Positions 62,592 through 64,000 of a stretch of DNA of 64,000 bases are shown here, piece by piece (position 1 is the stretch's first letter; every line of letters starts with the position of its first letter). The position numbers and the translations under genes are program-made. This DNA is from an uncultured Microbacterium sp. Lineage in GTDB: Bacteria > Actinomycetota > Actinomycetes > Actinomycetales > Microbacteriaceae. Below the pieces are notes generated by a model. It was not told the DNA's origin, searched no databases, and was given only the letters and a program-made list of their open reading frames with translations. Location: NCBI GenBank assembly GCA_964406995.1, contig CAYOTY010000001.1, positions 8,434 to 72,433 on the forward strand, written 5' to 3'.

Positions 62592-63418
62592 GCTGCCCCC
62601 TCACCGTGGTGGTGCTCGGCATCCGGGACGCCTACGACCACGAGTCGTTCGCCCGCGCGCAGGACATACACCGGTGCCCCGTAGAGCTCGCTCAGCACGC
62701 GAGTCTGCAGCACCTCGTCGGGGGTGCCGAGAACGAAGCGGCCGCCCGCGATGTACAGGATGCGGTCTACGCGCCCGAGGATGGGGTTGATGTCGTGCGT
62801 GACGAAGACCACTGCGGCACCCCGGTCGCGACGCTGACGGTCGATGATCTCGGTCACGGCGATCTGGTGGGCGAGGTCCAGATTCGACAGGGGCTCGTCG
62901 CACAGCAGCAGACTCGGGTCATGGACGAGAGCCTGGCCGACGCGAAGGCGCTGCTGCTCGCCGCCGCTGAGCACGCCGACCGCACGGGTGCCGTAGTGCG
63001 CGGCACCGACGTCGCCGAGGATCTGGTCGATCCGCTCGCTGTCGCCACGGCGGGGAACCGGCAGTCCGAACCGCTCGCCCTGCAGCCCGAGAGCCACCAC
63101 ATCTCGCGCGCGCAGGCTCGTCTCAGCAGCGAAGGGCTTCTGCTGCGGGATGTAGCCGATGCGACGATCGCCACGGTGCGGCCGGTGCGGGGGGCCTGCG
63201 TCGCCGCAGAGCCGGATGCTCCCGGCGCTGAGCTGCTGCATCCCGAGGATCGCCTGCAGCAGCGTGGTCTTGCCCGATCCGCTCGGGCCGAGCACCGCGA
63301 TGAACTCTCCGGGCTCGACGCGCAGGTCCAGCCCGGCCCAGAGTTCACGCCCGTCGCGATGCAGTGCGGCACCGCGGATGTCGAGCACGGGAGCGCCCGC
63401 GGCGGGCGGCGCGCTCAC
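62588..63418 (-). CDS. znuC: Zn/Mn ABC transporter ATPase
   Basis: GPSGSGKT, IGYIPQ, LSGGEQQR, CDEP, THD; His-rich tail; GTG 63418 overlaps the upstream stop. Confidence 0.9.
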   Translation of the reverse strand: MSAPPAAGAPVLDIRGAALHRDGRELWAGLDLRVEPGEFIAVLGPSGSGKTTLLQAILGMQQLSAGSIRLCGDAGPPHRPHRGDRRIGYIPQQKPFAAETSLRARDVVALGLQGERFGLPVPRRGDSERIDQILGDVGAAHYGTRAVGVLSGGEQQRLRVGQALVHDPSLLLCDEPLSNLDLAHQIAVTEIIDRQRRDRGAAVVFVTHDINPILGRVDRILYIAGGRFVLGTPDEVLQTRVLSELYGAPVYVLRAGERLVVVGVPDAEHHHGEGAA

Positions 63419-64000
63419 GACCGGAGTGCGGTGGCGAGGCTGGTGATCGCATCCTGCATCCACTCAGCGTACGTCTTTCCCTCCGGCAGGAGTTCCGTGA
63501 AGGCCACGATCGGGACGCCCGCCTCTTTGGCTGCGTTCTCGACCGCGGTCGTCTCCGCACCGCCGGTCTGGGCGTTGGTGAGCAGCACCTCAGCCTGCAC
63601 AGGACGGGTGAAGACCCGCATCGCGGCCAGCATCGTCTGGGGCGGCACCTCGGTTCCCTCCTCGACGGCCTCCGAGAAGCCTTCAGGCGTGATGTCGACC
63701 AGCCCCAGACTCTCGGCGAGGTAGCCCGGCAGGGGCTCGGTGATGAACACCCAGACGCCTTCGAACTCGCCCTTGAGCGTCTTCGTCTGCGCCTCGAGAT
63801 CGCGCAGATCGCTGGTGATGGCCTCGGCGGCAGCGGTGAACTGGTCGGCCCCCGCGGGGTCGATCTCGCCGAGCTCTTCGGCGATGGCCTCGACGACGTG
63901 GATCATCGTGTGCACATCGAACCAGACGTGCTCGTTGAAGCCCTCGATGTGGTTGTGGCCCTCGTGATCGTCCGCGTGATCGTCGTCATCGTGGTCGTGG
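63415..64000 (-). CDS. znuA: Zn ABC transporter substrate-binding protein (5' part outside the window)
   Basis: Frame open to the window end: HDHDDDDHADDHEGHNHIEGFNEHVWFD... Confidence 0.88.
   Translation of the reverse strand, partial: HDHDDDDHADDHEGHNHIEGFNEHVWFDVHTMIHVVEAIAEELGEIDPAGADQFTAAAEAITSDLRDLEAQTKTLKGEFEGVWVFITEPLPGYLAESLGLVDITPEGFSEAVEEGTEVPPQTMLAAMRVFTRPVQAEVLLTNAQTGGAETTAVENAAKEAGVPIVAFTELLPEGKTYAEWMQDAITSLATALRS

Overview
High-GC actinobacterial chromosome segment, most likely Microbacterium or a close Microbacteriaceae relative (inferred from gene content, leaderless genes and the rpmB-rpmG-rpsN-hup block). No rRNA, tRNA, CRISPR, integrase or transposase was seen. Positions 1-2.2 kb hold a TPP enzyme and a PhdK-like aldehyde dehydrogenase; 2.7-6.2 kb hold MarR, MMPL and a hypothetical gene. 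Positions ~6.2-33.15 kb form an accessory catabolic island of unknown substrate. It encodes two LacI and two FeaR-type AraC regulators, two sugar ABC importers, an NtaA/DszA-family monooxygenase, a flavin reductase-IclR fusion, a levoglucosan-dehydrogenase-like oxidoreductase, a TIM-barrel enzyme, an esterase, three VOC proteins, two 2-hydroxyacid oxidoreductases and a LerK/LerI/DerI-like erythrulose route. The wiring can be read from the DNA: tandem LacI-type operators sit in front of both araC genes, and an N5-N8-CAAG box (paired at 21-bp period in six cases) precedes seven catabolic or transport units. The rest (33-64 kb) is core-like: OpuA-type ABC, an RlmG/RsmC-like methyltransferase carrying an in-frame palindromic insertion, a YtrA-type GntR/ABC operon, a probably inactive beta-lactamase-fold lipoprotein, an IdeR-boxed heme/siderophore locus, a Pif1-like helicase, CopD-CtaG, hup, Zn-free rpsN/rpmG/rpmB, mpg and a Zur/Znu cluster. 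Several small inverted-repeat elements occur, including two with an identical arm and exactly 56-bp variable spacers. All family calls come from motif recognition by eye, not database searches.
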